A stretch of 64,000 nucleotides of DNA. It comes from a bacterium. GTDB lineage: Bacteria; Patescibacteriota; Minisyncoccia; UBA6257; 02-FULL-45-10c. The position numbers were made by a program, and so were the translations under genes. The DNA lies in contig JAJYMK010000003.1 in NCBI GenBank assembly GCA_021786945.1, forward strand, positions 151,299-215,298. The letters run 5' to 3'. Of the stretch, positions 10,435 through 20,214 are shown piece after piece. Positions within the stretch are counted from its first letter, which is position 1. Each line of letters opens with the position of its first letter. The notes under the pieces are model-generated. The model saw only the letters and a list, made by a program, of their open reading frames with translations. It made no database searches and was not told the DNA's origin.

Positions 10435-10677
10435 ATGAATGAAGTTAAACATAGAAAATTAGAAGGAGTCGTGGTTTCCGATAAGATGAATAAGACTATC
10501 GTGGTTGCGGTTGAAAGATTGAAATTGAATAGTAAGTATAAGAAATATTTTAAAACCACAACTAAATTTAAAGTTCACGACGAGAATAATGAATTTCATA
10601 CCGGCGATAAGTTGGTTATTGAAGAAACCAGGCCGATAAGTAAAGATAAAAGATGGAAAGTTGTTAAAAAGATTTAA
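10435..10677 (+). CDS. rpsQ: 30S ribosomal protein S17
   Basis: [22 protein letters not shown]. Confidence 0.98.
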   Translation: MNEVKHRKLEGVVVSDKMNKTIVVAVERLKLNSKYKKYFKTTTKFKVHDENNEFHTGDKLVIEETRPISKDKRWKVVKKI

Positions 10678-10682
10678 CCTAT

Positions 10683-11051
10683 ATGATTCAAGAACGATCT
10701 ATATTAAAAGTTGCCGACAATAGCGGAGCCAAGATGGTCCGTTGTTTTAGGGTGTTGGGCGGAGGAAGAAAGAGATATGCGGAAATAGGCGATATAATTA
10801 TTGCCTCTGTTCAGAAAGCCGAACCAAGAAAAGCCGTTAAGAAAAAAGATATAGTTAAGGCCGTGGTTGTAAGAACCAGAAAAACACAGCACAGAAAAGA
10901 CGGATCTTATTACAGATTTGATGATAATGCCGTTGTTTTAATTGATGAAAAGAAAGAGCCAAAAGCTACCCGTATTTTCGGTCCTATTCCAAGAGAAATA
11001 AGAGAAAAAGGTTATGAAACTATTTTTACAATGGCCGAAGAAGTTATTTAA
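10683..11051 (+). CDS. rplN: 50S ribosomal protein L14
   Basis: [21 protein letters not shown]. Confidence 0.99.
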   Translation: MIQERSILKVADNSGAKMVRCFRVLGGGRKRYAEIGDIIIASVQKAEPRKAVKKKDIVKAVVVRTRKTQHRKDGSYYRFDDNAVVLIDEKKEPKATRIFGPIPREIREKGYETIFTMAEEVI

Positions 11052-11064
11052 TTAAATTGAAATT

Positions 11065-11370
11065 ATGAAGATTAAAAAAGGTGATACAGTAAAAATATTG
11101 ACAGGAAAAGATAGCGGTAAAACCGGTAAGATTTTGGCTATCGACACTAAAAAAGAGAAGGTTTTGGTTGAGGGTTTGAATATGTTTAAAAAACATCAGA
11201 GACCGAAACGCCAGGGCGAAAAAGGTGAAATAGTCAGCGTTGCCAGACCAATGGAAGCTTCCAATGTTTTATTGGTTTGTCCGCGTTGTGGTCAGCCTAC
11301 AAGAGTTGGATATAAGCTTGAGGGTGGTAAAAAATTAAGAACTTGTAAAAAATGCAAAAGCACGATTTAA
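11065..11370 (+). CDS. rplX: 50S ribosomal protein L24
   Basis: IKKGDTV, GKDSGKTG, SNV; two CxxC pairs. Confidence 0.98.
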   Translation: MKIKKGDTVKILTGKDSGKTGKILAIDTKKEKVLVEGLNMFKKHQRPKRQGEKGEIVSVARPMEASNVLLVCPRCGQPTRVGYKLEGGKKLRTCKKCKSTI

Positions 11371-11846
11371 ATAACAAATTAGAAAAAGCTGTTGTGAATG
11401 TCGGAATTGGAAGGCTTACCCAGCAGCCTAATTTTGAGGACAAAGTTTTACCTGAAATAATCAAGGAAATTACCGCTATTACTGGCCAAAAACCAGCCTC
11501 TAGACCGGCTATGAAATCTATAGCAGGATTTAAATTGAGACAGGGAACAGTTGTTGGCCTTAAGACAACTTTGAGAGGAAAGTATATGGATTCCTTAATC
11601 AGTAAAATCGTAAATGTAACCTTGCCTCGTGTAAGAGATTTCAGGGGTATTGATATATCCGGTATAGATAAAAACGGAAATTTAAATTTTGGTTTTAAGG
11701 AACACTTGGTTTTTCCGGAAATTTCTCCGGAGCAGACCAAAGTAAACTTTGGAATTCAAATAACTTTGGTTCCGAAAAATCCTATAAAATCAAAAGAAGC
11801 TGCCGTCGAATTTTATAAAAAAATTGGAATTCCATTTAAGAAATAA
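11352..11846 (+). CDS. rplE: 50S ribosomal protein L5 (N-terminally shortened)
   Basis: [34 protein letters not shown]. Confidence 0.96.
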   Translation: MQKHDLNNKLEKAVVNVGIGRLTQQPNFEDKVLPEIIKEITAITGQKPASRPAMKSIAGFKLRQGTVVGLKTTLRGKYMDSLISKIVNVTLPRVRDFRGIDISGIDKNGNLNFGFKEHLVFPEISPEQTKVNFGIQITLVPKNPIKSKEAAVEFYKKIGIPFKK

Positions 11847-11851
11847 AAATT

Positions 11852-12037
11852 ATGGCTAAAACATCAGTAGTAGCAAGATCAAAAAAGAAAGCTAAATATA
11901 CTTCGCGTATCGTGAGAAGATGTTTCAGGTGCGGAAGGAAGCATGGCTATATGAGAGAGTTTGGAATTTGCAGGATTTGTTTTAGAGAATTGGCTGGTCG
12001 TGGAGAAATACCGGGAATTAAGAAGGCTTCTTGGTAA
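11852..12037 (+). CDS. rpsN: 30S ribosomal protein S14, type Z (zinc-binding)
   Basis: 61 aa, RCFRCGR...CRICFRE, KASW. Confidence 0.97.
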   Translation: MAKTSVVARSKKKAKYTSRIVRRCFRCGRKHGYMREFGICRICFRELAGRGEIPGIKKASW

Positions 12038-12068
12038 AATAAATTTCAGCTCACTATAAATAATCAAT

Positions 12069-12452
12069 ATGTATACAGACTTATTAGTAAAAATTAAAAA
12101 TGCTCAAGCCGTAAAAAGCGAAACCGTAAAATCGCCATATTCCATAATGGACAAGGCTATTTTGGATATTCTTGAAAAGAAGAATTTTGTTGGAACGGTT
12201 GAAGTGAAGGGAAGGGCCCCGAAGAAAGTTTTGGATATAAATTTAAAATATGATACTGCCGGTAAAGGTGTTATCAGCGGTGTAAAGATTTTGAGCAAGC
12301 CATCCAGACATTTATATGTTGGTTATGAAGAAATCAGACCCGTAAAGCAGGGATTTGGTTTATTAGTTGTTTCGACATCAAAGGGTATTATGGATGGATC
12401 TATGGCTAGAAAATCAAAATTGGGAGGCGAGCTTCTTTTCGAAATTTGGTAA
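12069..12452 (+). CDS. rpsH: 30S ribosomal protein S8
   Basis: SKPSRHLY, STSKGIM, GGELL. Confidence 0.98.
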   Translation: MYTDLLVKIKNAQAVKSETVKSPYSIMDKAILDILEKKNFVGTVEVKGRAPKKVLDINLKYDTAGKGVISGVKILSKPSRHLYVGYEEIRPVKQGFGLLVVSTSKGIMDGSMARKSKLGGELLFEIW

Positions 12453-12474
12453 TTAAGAATATTTAAATAAACAT

Positions 12475-13032
12475 ATGAGTAAAATAGGAAAAAAACCAAT
12501 AATGATTCCAGAAAATATCTCCGTTAAAATAGACGGATCTGTTTTGGAAATCTCTTCGAAAGACGGAAAGAAGGTGGCTAAGATAAACATTTTGCCGAAT
12601 ATTGAGGTTAAAGTTGAAGAAAATCAGCTTATATTTAAGGCTCTTAATGATGATCAGCAAACTAGAGCCAATTGGGGAACAATAAGGGCTTTGGCTCAGA
12701 ATGCTGTTTCCGGAATAAAGGAAGATTTCAAAAAAGTTTTGGAATTCAATGGAGTAGGTTTTAGGGCAAACGTTGAAGGTAAGACTCTGGTTTTGAACAT
12801 TGGTTTTTCTCATCCGGTTAAGTTTGAAATTCCTAATGGAATTACAATTACCGTAGAAAAAAGCAATATAAATATTTCGGGAATGGATAAATATTTAGTG
12901 GGTCAGGTTGCTACTAAGATCAGAGCTTTGAAGAAACCTAATCCGTATAGAGGAACCGGAATCAAATATAAAGAAGAAGTCATCAGAAGAAAGGCCGGTA
13001 AGAAAGCAACCAGCGGAGCTGCTGCCGCCTAG
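12475..13032 (+). CDS. rplF: 50S ribosomal protein L6
   Basis: MSKIGKKPI, GVGFRA, GFSHPV, PYRGTGI. Confidence 0.98.
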   Translation: MSKIGKKPIMIPENISVKIDGSVLEISSKDGKKVAKINILPNIEVKVEENQLIFKALNDDQQTRANWGTIRALAQNAVSGIKEDFKKVLEFNGVGFRANVEGKTLVLNIGFSHPVKFEIPNGITITVEKSNINISGMDKYLVGQVATKIRALKKPNPYRGTGIKYKEEVIRRKAGKKATSGAAAA

Positions 13033-13053
13033 TAATTAATATTTTTTAAAATT

Positions 13054-13410
13054 ATGGCAAATATTAAAGAAAAAAATAGAAAAGAGGAAAGGAGGCGCAT
13101 CAGAAATAAAGCTAAAATTTTTGGCACGGCTATAAAACCGAGACTTTCTATTTTTAGGAGTAATTTGTATACATATGCTCAGCTTATTGATGACAATACC
13201 GGAAAAACTTTGGCTTCAGCTTCAACTAAAGAATTGGGAAAGAAAAAGATGAAAAAAGCCGAGCAGGCTAAGGAGTTGGGGATGTTGATAGCCGAAAAGG
13301 CCAAGAAAGCAAATATTAAAGAAGCTGTTTTTAATAAAGGTCCATATCTTTATCACGGCAGAGTAAAAGCTGTTGCTGATGGAGCCAGGGATGGCGGAAT
13401 TAAAATATAG
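13054..13410 (+). CDS. rplR: 50S ribosomal protein L18
   Basis: PRLSIFRSN, AQLIDD, YHGRVKA. Confidence 0.98.
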   Translation: MANIKEKNRKEERRRIRNKAKIFGTAIKPRLSIFRSNLYTYAQLIDDNTGKTLASASTKELGKKKMKKAEQAKELGMLIAEKAKKANIKEAVFNKGPYLYHGRVKAVADGARDGGIKI

Positions 13411-13414
13411 GTTT

Positions 13415-13945
13415 ATGGATAACAATAATACAAAAAATACAAATACCAATAGTAATTTTAGGAATCCAAGATTTGGAGGAAGAAGGCCGAATACTTTTAA
13501 GAGAGAAAAACCGAAAGATGATTTCAGGGAAAAAGTTTTGGATCTCAGAAGAGTTACACGTGTGGTTGCCGGAGGTAAAAGATTCCGTTTTAGGACAACT
13601 TTGATTATAGGAGATGAAAAAGGTAATGTTGGCGTTGGTTTGGGTAAGGGAGTAGATGTTCAGGCTTCTATTGAAAAAGCTAAAATTGATGCCAGAAAAA
13701 ATCTTATTAAAATAAATTTGAAAGGAAGGACGATTGCCCATGAGATTGAGGCAAAATTCAGTGCCGCTAATATTAGAATTAAACCAGCAAAAGAAGGAAA
13801 CGGTCTTAAGGCCGGTGGAGCTGTCCGTGTAGTTCTGGCTTTGGCTGGAGTTAAAGATGCCACTGCAAAATGTCTTGGAAGGACTCCGAATAAGCTGACT
13901 AACGCTTTGGCCACTATTGAGGCTTTGAAAAAATTAAAAGCTTAA
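13415..13945 (+). CDS. rpsE: 30S ribosomal protein S5
   Basis: RVTRVVAGGKRF, AGGAVR; start moved to the ATG at 13415, just after the rplR stop. Confidence 0.97.
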   Translation: MDNNNTKNTNTNSNFRNPRFGGRRPNTFKREKPKDDFREKVLDLRRVTRVVAGGKRFRFRTTLIIGDEKGNVGVGLGKGVDVQASIEKAKIDARKNLIKINLKGRTIAHEIEAKFSAANIRIKPAKEGNGLKAGGAVRVVLALAGVKDATAKCLGRTPNKLTNALATIEALKKLKA

Positions 13946-13949
13946 AAAT

Positions 13950-14357
13950 ATGCAGTTACACAATATATCCATAAAAAATAAAAGAGAAAAAAGAGTTGCT
14001 CGTGGAGGAAAACGAGGTACTACTGGCGGAAGAGGAACTAAGGGACAGAAGTCCCGTTCCGGACACAGAATTCGTCCGGCCCAAAGAGATCTTTTGATTA
14101 GGATTCCAAAATTGAGGGGTTATAGGAATAAACCCAAATCTGATTTTAATTTAGTTTTGCATTTATCCGATTTGGAAAAAATTAAAGGCGATGTGATAAA
14201 CAGAGCTACCTTGATGACCCATTTTGGAAAAAAATTTAAAGAAGAAATAAAGATTTTGGATATTGGCGAAATTAAAAAGCCTGTTAAAATTGAAGGTGTT
14301 AAAATTTCTAAATCAGCTAAAGAAAAAATTGAAAAAGCCGGAGGAAGTGTTAAGTAA
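13950..14357 (+). CDS. rplO: 50S ribosomal protein L15
   Basis: RGTKGQKSRSG, RIPKLRG, SAKEKIEKAGG; directly follows rpsE with no rpmD. Confidence 0.97.
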   Translation: MQLHNISIKNKREKRVARGGKRGTTGGRGTKGQKSRSGHRIRPAQRDLLIRIPKLRGYRNKPKSDFNLVLHLSDLEKIKGDVINRATLMTHFGKKFKEEIKILDIGEIKKPVKIEGVKISKSAKEKIEKAGGSVK

Positions 14358-14372
14358 TTTTAAAAATTATAC

Positions 14373-15641
14373 ATGGAAAAATTAATCCAAATTTTTAAAA
14401 ATCCTGATATCAGAAAAAAAATATTAATAGTTGCTTCATTGCTTTTGGTTTCAAGAATTTTTGCCACAATTCCTATTCCGAGTGTTGATTTACTTAAACT
14501 AAAAATGTTCTTAAGCTCCAGTCAGCTTTTGGGTTTTTTGGATATGTTTTCTGGCGGTTCTTTAGGAAAACTTTCTATTGTAATGTTGGGAGTTGGTCCT
14601 TATATTACAGCCACTATTATAATGCAGCTTTTGACCATGATTTTTCCTAATCTTAAAGAGATTTATTATGAACAAGGAGAAATGGGCAGGGCTAAATTCA
14701 ATAGAATTTCCCGATACATTACTGTGCCATTAGCTGCTTTACAAGGATATGGTTTTTTGAATCTTTTAAAATCCCAGCAGATTTTAACCATGACATCTCC
14801 TTTTGATATTGTAAGAAATGTAGTTATTATTACTGCCGGATCTATGTTTTTTGTGTGGCTTGGAGAAATTATTTCTGAGCAAAAAATAGGTAACGGAGTT
14901 TCTTTGTTGATTTTTGCCGGTATTGTCGACAGATTGCCGACAACTATAAAAACCTTACTTCTTAATTATTCTCCCAGTCAGATTCCGACTTATTTGTTAT
15001 TTTTGGCTCTTAGCGTAGTCGTTATTGCCGGTGTGGTATTTATTAATGAAGGCGAAAGAAAAATTCCAGTTTCTTATTCCAGAAGAGTAAGGGGCAATAA
15101 AATGTATGGGGGAGTTTCGACGTATCTACCTTTAAGAGTAAATCAGGCTGGCGTTATACCCATAATTTTTGCTATTTCTCTTTTGCTTTTACCTCAGTTT
15201 TTGGCTCAGGCCTCGGCTTTGATTTCTTCGGATTTTTCATTGAAATTCAATAGCCTGGTAAATAGCTTCATGAATGATATGGTTGTTTACTCTATAGTTT
15301 ATTTTGTTTTAGTCGTTGCCTTTACTTATTTTTATACCGCCGTTACCTTTGATCCCGCAGAGATTTCTAAGAATTTGCAAAGAAGCGGGGGATTTATTCC
15401 CGGAATAAGACCAGGCGACCCGTCCGGAATTTATTTGAATAAGGTTATTAATCGAATAACACTTTTCGGAGCTTTCTTTCTTGGCGTAATAGCTATTTTG
15501 CCTAATTTGGTAAGCATGACCACCGGAATAAGCGCTTTAACCTTGGGAGGTACCAGTTTGCTTATCGTTGTTTCTGTTGCATTAGAAGTTGAGAAGCAGA
15601 TAAATTCTCATTTGGTAATGAGGGAGTACGATACAATTTAA
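14373..15641 (+). CDS. secY: Preprotein translocase subunit SecY
   Basis: LGVGPYITA, IGNGVSL, AGVIPIIFA, FIPGIRPG, GGTSLLI. Confidence 0.99.
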   Translation: MEKLIQIFKNPDIRKKILIVASLLLVSRIFATIPIPSVDLLKLKMFLSSSQLLGFLDMFSGGSLGKLSIVMLGVGPYITATIIMQLLTMIFPNLKEIYYEQGEMGRAKFNRISRYITVPLAALQGYGFLNLLKSQQILTMTSPFDIVRNVVIITAGSMFFVWLGEIISEQKIGNGVSLLIFAGIVDRLPTTIKTLLLNYSPSQIPTYLLFLALSVVVIAGVVFINEGERKIPVSYSRRVRGNKMYGGVSTYLPLRVNQAGVIPIIFAISLLLLPQFLAQASALISSDFSLKFNSLVNSFMNDMVVYSIVYFVLVVAFTYFYTAVTFDPAEISKNLQRSGGFIPGIRPGDPSGIYLNKVINRITLFGAFFLGVIAILPNLVSMTTGISALTLGGTSLLIVVSVALEVEKQINSHLVMREYDTI

Positions 15642-15646
15642 TTTAT

Positions 15647-15672
15647 TAAAACCCCGCTAAGCGGGGTTTTTT
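15647..15672 (+). terminator. Intrinsic terminator after secY
   Basis: aaaaccccgc taa gcggggtttttt. Confidence 0.85.
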
Positions 15673-15828
15673 GTTATAATAAATAAAGAGATTGCAAATT
15701 CCGCGCACAACAAAGATAACAAAATTTGTATATGTGCGGTAAATATTAATAAGTCGTTTTAAATTAATAATTAATAAAAAAAACAAAGAACGAGAAAGTT
15801 TTAGTTTCAAGTCTTTGTTATTTGTAGA

Positions 15829-16506
15829 ATGAAAAAAGTTGTTTTATTTTATGGTGCTCCAGGTTCCGGTAAGGGAACTCAGGCTGATTTATTGGCGAAA
15901 AATTATGGATTTTATCATTTTGATACCGGCAAAAATATAGAGCAGACGGTTAACGACCCGGAAAATCTAAAAGATGAAAATATCAGAAAGGAAAAAGAAA
16001 TTTTTGATTCAGGAAAACTCAATACGCCTTCCTGGGTTTTGAACGATGTGGTTATTAAGAAAACTCAGAATTTGGCTAAGGCTGGTGTAAGACTTGTCTT
16101 TAGCGGTTCTCCCAGAACTCTTTTTGAGGCTTTTGGCGATGAAAAGCAGATTGGCCTTATAAAAACTTTAGAGAATTTATACGGAAAAGAAAATATTGGA
16201 ATTATGTATATTGAGGTTAAGCCGGAAACATCCGTTTTTAGAAATAGTAATAGATTGGTTTGTTCGGTTTGTGGAGCGCCGGTATTATATAAAGAAAATG
16301 GATTAACAACTTGTCCTTTTTGTGACGCACCTTTAAGAAAAAGAAGTCTCGATAATCCCGAAACCATAAAAGTAAGGCTCGAGGAGTATAAAAATAGAAC
16401 TCAGCCGATTATCGAAAAATTGAAAGAGCAGGGCTATGAAATAAACATGATCGATGGAGAGCCTGAGCCTTATAAAGTTTTTGAACAAATAAAAAATAGA
16501 ATCTAG
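15829..16506 (+). CDS. adk: Adenylate kinase (zinc-lid type)
   Basis: GAPGSGKGTQA P-loop, GSPRT, CxxC...CxxC lid; position after secY. Confidence 0.93.
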   Translation: MKKVVLFYGAPGSGKGTQADLLAKNYGFYHFDTGKNIEQTVNDPENLKDENIRKEKEIFDSGKLNTPSWVLNDVVIKKTQNLAKAGVRLVFSGSPRTLFEAFGDEKQIGLIKTLENLYGKENIGIMYIEVKPETSVFRNSNRLVCSVCGAPVLYKENGLTTCPFCDAPLRKRSLDNPETIKVRLEEYKNRTQPIIEKLKEQGYEINMIDGEPEPYKVFEQIKNRI

Positions 16507-16508
16507 AA

Positions 16509-17267
16509 GTGCTTATTAAAACTCCAGAACAAATAAAAAAGATTAAAATTTCCGGAAAGATATTGGCTAGTGTGGCAAAAGAACTTAAGAAAAATATTGC
16601 GGAGGGCGTTGTTTTGAAGGATTTGGATATATTGGCCAGGAAATTGATTGAAGAGGCTGGTGCCGAACCGGCATTTTTGGGCTATCAGCCGCACGGAGCG
16701 GATCATCCATTTCCGGCCTCAATTTGCGCTTCTTTAAATGAGGTTGTGGTTCACGGTATTCCCAATAAATACAAACTTAAATCCGGAGATATTTTGAAGC
16801 TCGACTTTGGGGTGAGCTACCAAGGCTTTATAACAGATTCAGCTTTTACTATTGGAGTTGGGAAGATTTCCGGTGAAGCTCAAAAATTAATGGATGTTAC
16901 CAAACATTCTTTGATGCTTGGTATAAAAGAGTGCCGCGCCGGAAAAACATTGGGGGATATTGGCTGGGCAATAAATAATTATGTTCAAAAAAATGGATTC
17001 AAGGTTGTGAAGGGTCTTTGCGGCCATGGGGTGGGCATAGAACTTCACGAAGAGCCATCAGTATTTAATGAGGGTCAGAAAAATACCGGTTTAGAGCTTA
17101 GGCCGGGAATGGTACTGGCCTTGGAACCAATGGTCTCGGCGGGGGATCCGTATATAGTTCAGACTGAACAGGAAAGTTATGCTACAAGAGATGGCAGTCT
17201 TTCCGCACATTTTGAACACACAGTGCTTATTACCGAGAGAAATCCCGAGATATTGACAAATTTTTAA
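16509..17267 (+). CDS. map: Methionine aminopeptidase type I
   Basis: VVHGIP, DSAFT, GHGVG..LHEEP, SAHFEHT; GTG start. Confidence 0.98.
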   Translation: MLIKTPEQIKKIKISGKILASVAKELKKNIAEGVVLKDLDILARKLIEEAGAEPAFLGYQPHGADHPFPASICASLNEVVVHGIPNKYKLKSGDILKLDFGVSYQGFITDSAFTIGVGKISGEAQKLMDVTKHSLMLGIKECRAGKTLGDIGWAINNYVQKNGFKVVKGLCGHGVGIELHEEPSVFNEGQKNTGLELRPGMVLALEPMVSAGDPYIVQTEQESYATRDGSLSAHFEHTVLITERNPEILTNF

Positions 17268-17299
17268 AAAAGACGTATTATTTATTTCAGAACGTTTTA

Positions 17300-17428
17300 G
17301 AGCGACTGCTATCATAGCTTAAGGGCACTCCTACGGCGGCAGGGGTTTTCACCTCCGTGGTTCTCCTGACCGAAACCACAACCCTTAAATTCCGGGAATT
17401 ATCCGTAGGCAATACGGAATAGTCGCTC
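17300..17428. ncRNA. Candidate structured non-coding RNA, family unassigned
   Basis: GC-rich island in AT-rich DNA closed by gagcgact/agtcgctc, with nested complementary segments. Confidence 0.5.
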
Positions 17429-17436
17429 CAATATTT

Positions 17437-17464
17437 ACTCCCTGGCAACAACAGGGAGTTTTTA
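17437..17464 (+). terminator. Intrinsic terminator
   Basis: actcctg...cagggagt followed by T-run. Confidence 0.55.
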
Positions 17465-17504
17465 TTCCAAAAAACAATAAAATTTGATATAATTTTAACG
17501 ATAT

Positions 17505-18254
17505 ATGCCAAAACCTTTTTTATCCGTAATTATTCCGGCTTATAATGAAGCAAAGCGATTACCGCTTACTTTAATCGATATCGATAAACATTTGGATGAG
17601 CAGGAATATTCTTATGAAATTATTGTAGTAAACGATGGATCTACCGACGATACCGCCGAAATTGTTACAAGATTCTTGCCTTTAATAAATAATTTAAGAC
17701 TGATAGATAATAAAGAAAATAAAGGTAAGGGCGCGGTTGTTCGTCAGGGAATGCTGGAATCCAAGGGATTATGGCGTCTATTTATGGATGCCGATAATTC
17801 TACTTCCGTAGTGGAATTCAATAAAATGATTTCTTATTTCAAATCCGGATACGACGTGGTAATTGGTTCGCGTGACGTAAGGGGCGCCAGGATGATGCCC
17901 CCCCAACCTATTCATAAAAGATTTATGGGTAGATTAGGTAATCTTATTATCCAGTTGTTTTTGACTCCGGGTATTTGGGATACACAATGTGGTTTTAAGT
18001 GTTTTTCCGAGGAAGCAGCTGAGAGAGTTTTTTCTCTAACTAGGATAGATAAGTGGGGTTTTGATGCGGAGGCATTGGCTTTAGCCAAAGTTTTGGGATA
18101 TAAAATAAAAGAAATTCCGGTATTTTGGGTAAATGATATAAGAACTCACGTGAAACTTAAGGATTATTTGCAAGTATTATTTGAAACTGTTAAAGTACGT
18201 TGGTGGTTGTTACGCGATGTATATAATATTAAAAATCAAAATAAAAATTTTTAA
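17505..18254 (+). CDS. GT2 glycosyltransferase (dolichyl/polyprenyl-phosphate glucosyltransferase-like)
   Basis: SVIIPAYNE, VNDGSTD, NKGKG, FMDAD, DTQCGFK. Confidence 0.92.
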   Translation: MPKPFLSVIIPAYNEAKRLPLTLIDIDKHLDEQEYSYEIIVVNDGSTDDTAEIVTRFLPLINNLRLIDNKENKGKGAVVRQGMLESKGLWRLFMDADNSTSVVEFNKMISYFKSGYDVVIGSRDVRGARMMPPQPIHKRFMGRLGNLIIQLFLTPGIWDTQCGFKCFSEEAAERVFSLTRIDKWGFDAEALALAKVLGYKIKEIPVFWVNDIRTHVKLKDYLQVLFETVKVRWWLLRDVYNIKNQNKNF

Positions 18255-18270
18255 AAAATAAAATAAAAAT

Positions 18271-18729
18271 ATGATGAAACAATATTTAACAAAAGAAAAA
18301 TTAGAGGAATTGAAAAATGAATTAAACGATTTGAAAACCGTAAAAAGAGTTGAAATCGCCGAAAAATTACAGAGAGCCAAAGAGCTGGGTGATCTTTCGG
18401 AGAACTCCGAATATTTTGAAGCCAGGGAAGAACAGGGCCAGATTGAGAGCCGAATTTTTGAATTAGAAGATATGCTTAAAGACGTTGAGCTTATTGATAA
18501 AACAAAAGCTACTGGAGTGGTTAAGGTTGGCTCTACAATAGAAGTTTCCAAAGCCGGTAAGAAAATGAAGTTTTGTATCGTGGGTTCCAACGAGGCTAAG
18601 CCGGAAGAAGGATTTATATCTAATGAATCTCCTTTGGGCAGGGCTTTTTTGGGCAAAAGAGAAGGAGACGTTATTACTGTTCAGGTGCCTAGCGGAAAAG
18701 TTGAATATAAAATGCTTTCTGTAGAATAA
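18271..18729 (+). CDS. greA: Transcription elongation factor GreA
   Basis: GDLSENSEY, ISNESPLGRA. Confidence 0.98.
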   Translation: MMKQYLTKEKLEELKNELNDLKTVKRVEIAEKLQRAKELGDLSENSEYFEAREEQGQIESRIFELEDMLKDVELIDKTKATGVVKVGSTIEVSKAGKKMKFCIVGSNEAKPEEGFISNESPLGRAFLGKREGDVITVQVPSGKVEYKMLSVE

Positions 18730-18741
18730 GATTTATTTCGT

Positions 18742-20202
18742 ATGATAGAAGATCTTATAAAAGAACGATTAAGGAAAAAAGAAGGATTTGAAAAGGCCGG
18801 AATTGATTGTTATCCGGCAAAAATAGAAAGGGACTACAGAATTAAAGAAGTTCTCAAAAACTTCGTTTTTTTGTCTTTGTTTAAAAAGAAATTTTCGCTT
18901 GCCGGCAGGATTATGGGTATGCGTGTTCAGGGAGGAATAATGTTCGTAGATTTGAACGATGGCAGTGCTTCAATGCAGGCCGTGATTTCAAAAAAGAATT
19001 TTAAGGACTTTCCTCTTTTCAAGGAAAATTTGGATATCGGAGATTTTATTTCTGTTAAAGGCGGCGTTTTTACCACAAAAGCCGGACAGAAAAGTTTGAA
19101 GGCGGACAATGTTGTCTTAGCTTCAAAAAGCTTGAGGCCTATTCCGAGCCAGTGGTATGGACTTCAGGACGAAGAAGAAAAACTTAGGAAAAGATATCTG
19201 GATATTTTGCTGAATCCGGAAATAAAAGACATGTTCGAAAAAAGAGCGAGATTTTGGAATGCCATAAGAGATTTTTTGCTCAGCAGAGGTTTCACTGAAG
19301 TTGAAACTCCTGTTTTAGAAAATACAACCGGAGGTGCAGATGCGAAGCCTTTTGTGACACATCACAATGCTTTAGACATAGACGTCTATTTGCGTATTTC
19401 TATGGGTGAATTATGGCAAAAAAGACTTATGGTTGCCGGTTTCGAAAAAACATTTGAAATAGGAAGACAATTTAGGAATGAGGGGATGGATGCAGAGCAT
19501 TTACAGGATTATACACAGATGGAATTTTACTGGGCTTATGCCGATTATGAAATGGGAATGGAATTGGTTGAAGACTTGTATAAATATGTTGCCATGAAAA
19601 CTTTCGGAAAACTTAAATTTACGATTGGTGAGTTTGAAGTTGATTTAGGTAAAAAGTGGGAGAGATATGATTATGTTGAAACTATAAAAAAATATACAGG
19701 CATAGATATCTTGAATACCAATATCGACGAAATAAAACAAAGATTGAAAGAATTGAAAGTTGATTTTTCAAGAGAGGGTTTCAATATTACCAGAGCCATA
19801 GATAATCTTTGGAAATATTGCAGGAAACAGATTTGCGGTCCGGGATTTTTGATTGGAGTGCCGGTGGAGGTTTCTCCTTTAGCTAAAAGAGATAGTAAAA
19901 ATCCTAGGGTTACACAAAGATTTCAGCCGATCATTGCCGGTTCAGAACTCGGAAATGGATATAGCGAGCTAAATGATCCGGTGGACCAACTTGCTAGGTT
20001 TAACGAACAGGCAAAGTTAAGAGAAGCTGGAGATGAAGAGGCTCAGATGAAAGATGAAGATTTCGTGGAAGCTTTGGAATATGGAATGCCACCCACCTGC
20101 GGCTTCGGAATGAGTGAGAGGGTATTTGACTTCTTTATGAACAAAAGCGCCAGAGAATGCCAAATTTTTCCATTAATGAGGCCCAAAAAGGAAGAAAAGT
20201 AA
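18742..20202 (+). CDS. lysS: Lysine--tRNA ligase (class II)
   Basis: OB-fold AGRI, EVETP, FRNEG, ELGNGYSELNDP, YGMPP. Confidence 0.98.
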   Translation: MIEDLIKERLRKKEGFEKAGIDCYPAKIERDYRIKEVLKNFVFLSLFKKKFSLAGRIMGMRVQGGIMFVDLNDGSASMQAVISKKNFKDFPLFKENLDIGDFISVKGGVFTTKAGQKSLKADNVVLASKSLRPIPSQWYGLQDEEEKLRKRYLDILLNPEIKDMFEKRARFWNAIRDFLLSRGFTEVETPVLENTTGGADAKPFVTHHNALDIDVYLRISMGELWQKRLMVAGFEKTFEIGRQFRNEGMDAEHLQDYTQMEFYWAYADYEMGMELVEDLYKYVAMKTFGKLKFTIGEFEVDLGKKWERYDYVETIKKYTGIDILNTNIDEIKQRLKELKVDFSREGFNITRAIDNLWKYCRKQICGPGFLIGVPVEVSPLAKRDSKNPRVTQRFQPIIAGSELGNGYSELNDPVDQLARFNEQAKLREAGDEEAQMKDEDFVEALEYGMPPTCGFGMSERVFDFFMNKSARECQIFPLMRPKKEEK

Positions 20203-20214
20203 AAATTTTTATTT

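Noticed and set aside
13945-13950. Absence of rpmD (uL30)
   Set aside because: Established general trait of CPR bacteria; used only as a taxonomic clue.
17287-17511. 74-aa minus-strand ORF across the structured region
   Set aside because: No protein-like features, and it overlaps the next gene's start; the dense base-pairing is better explained as RNA structure.
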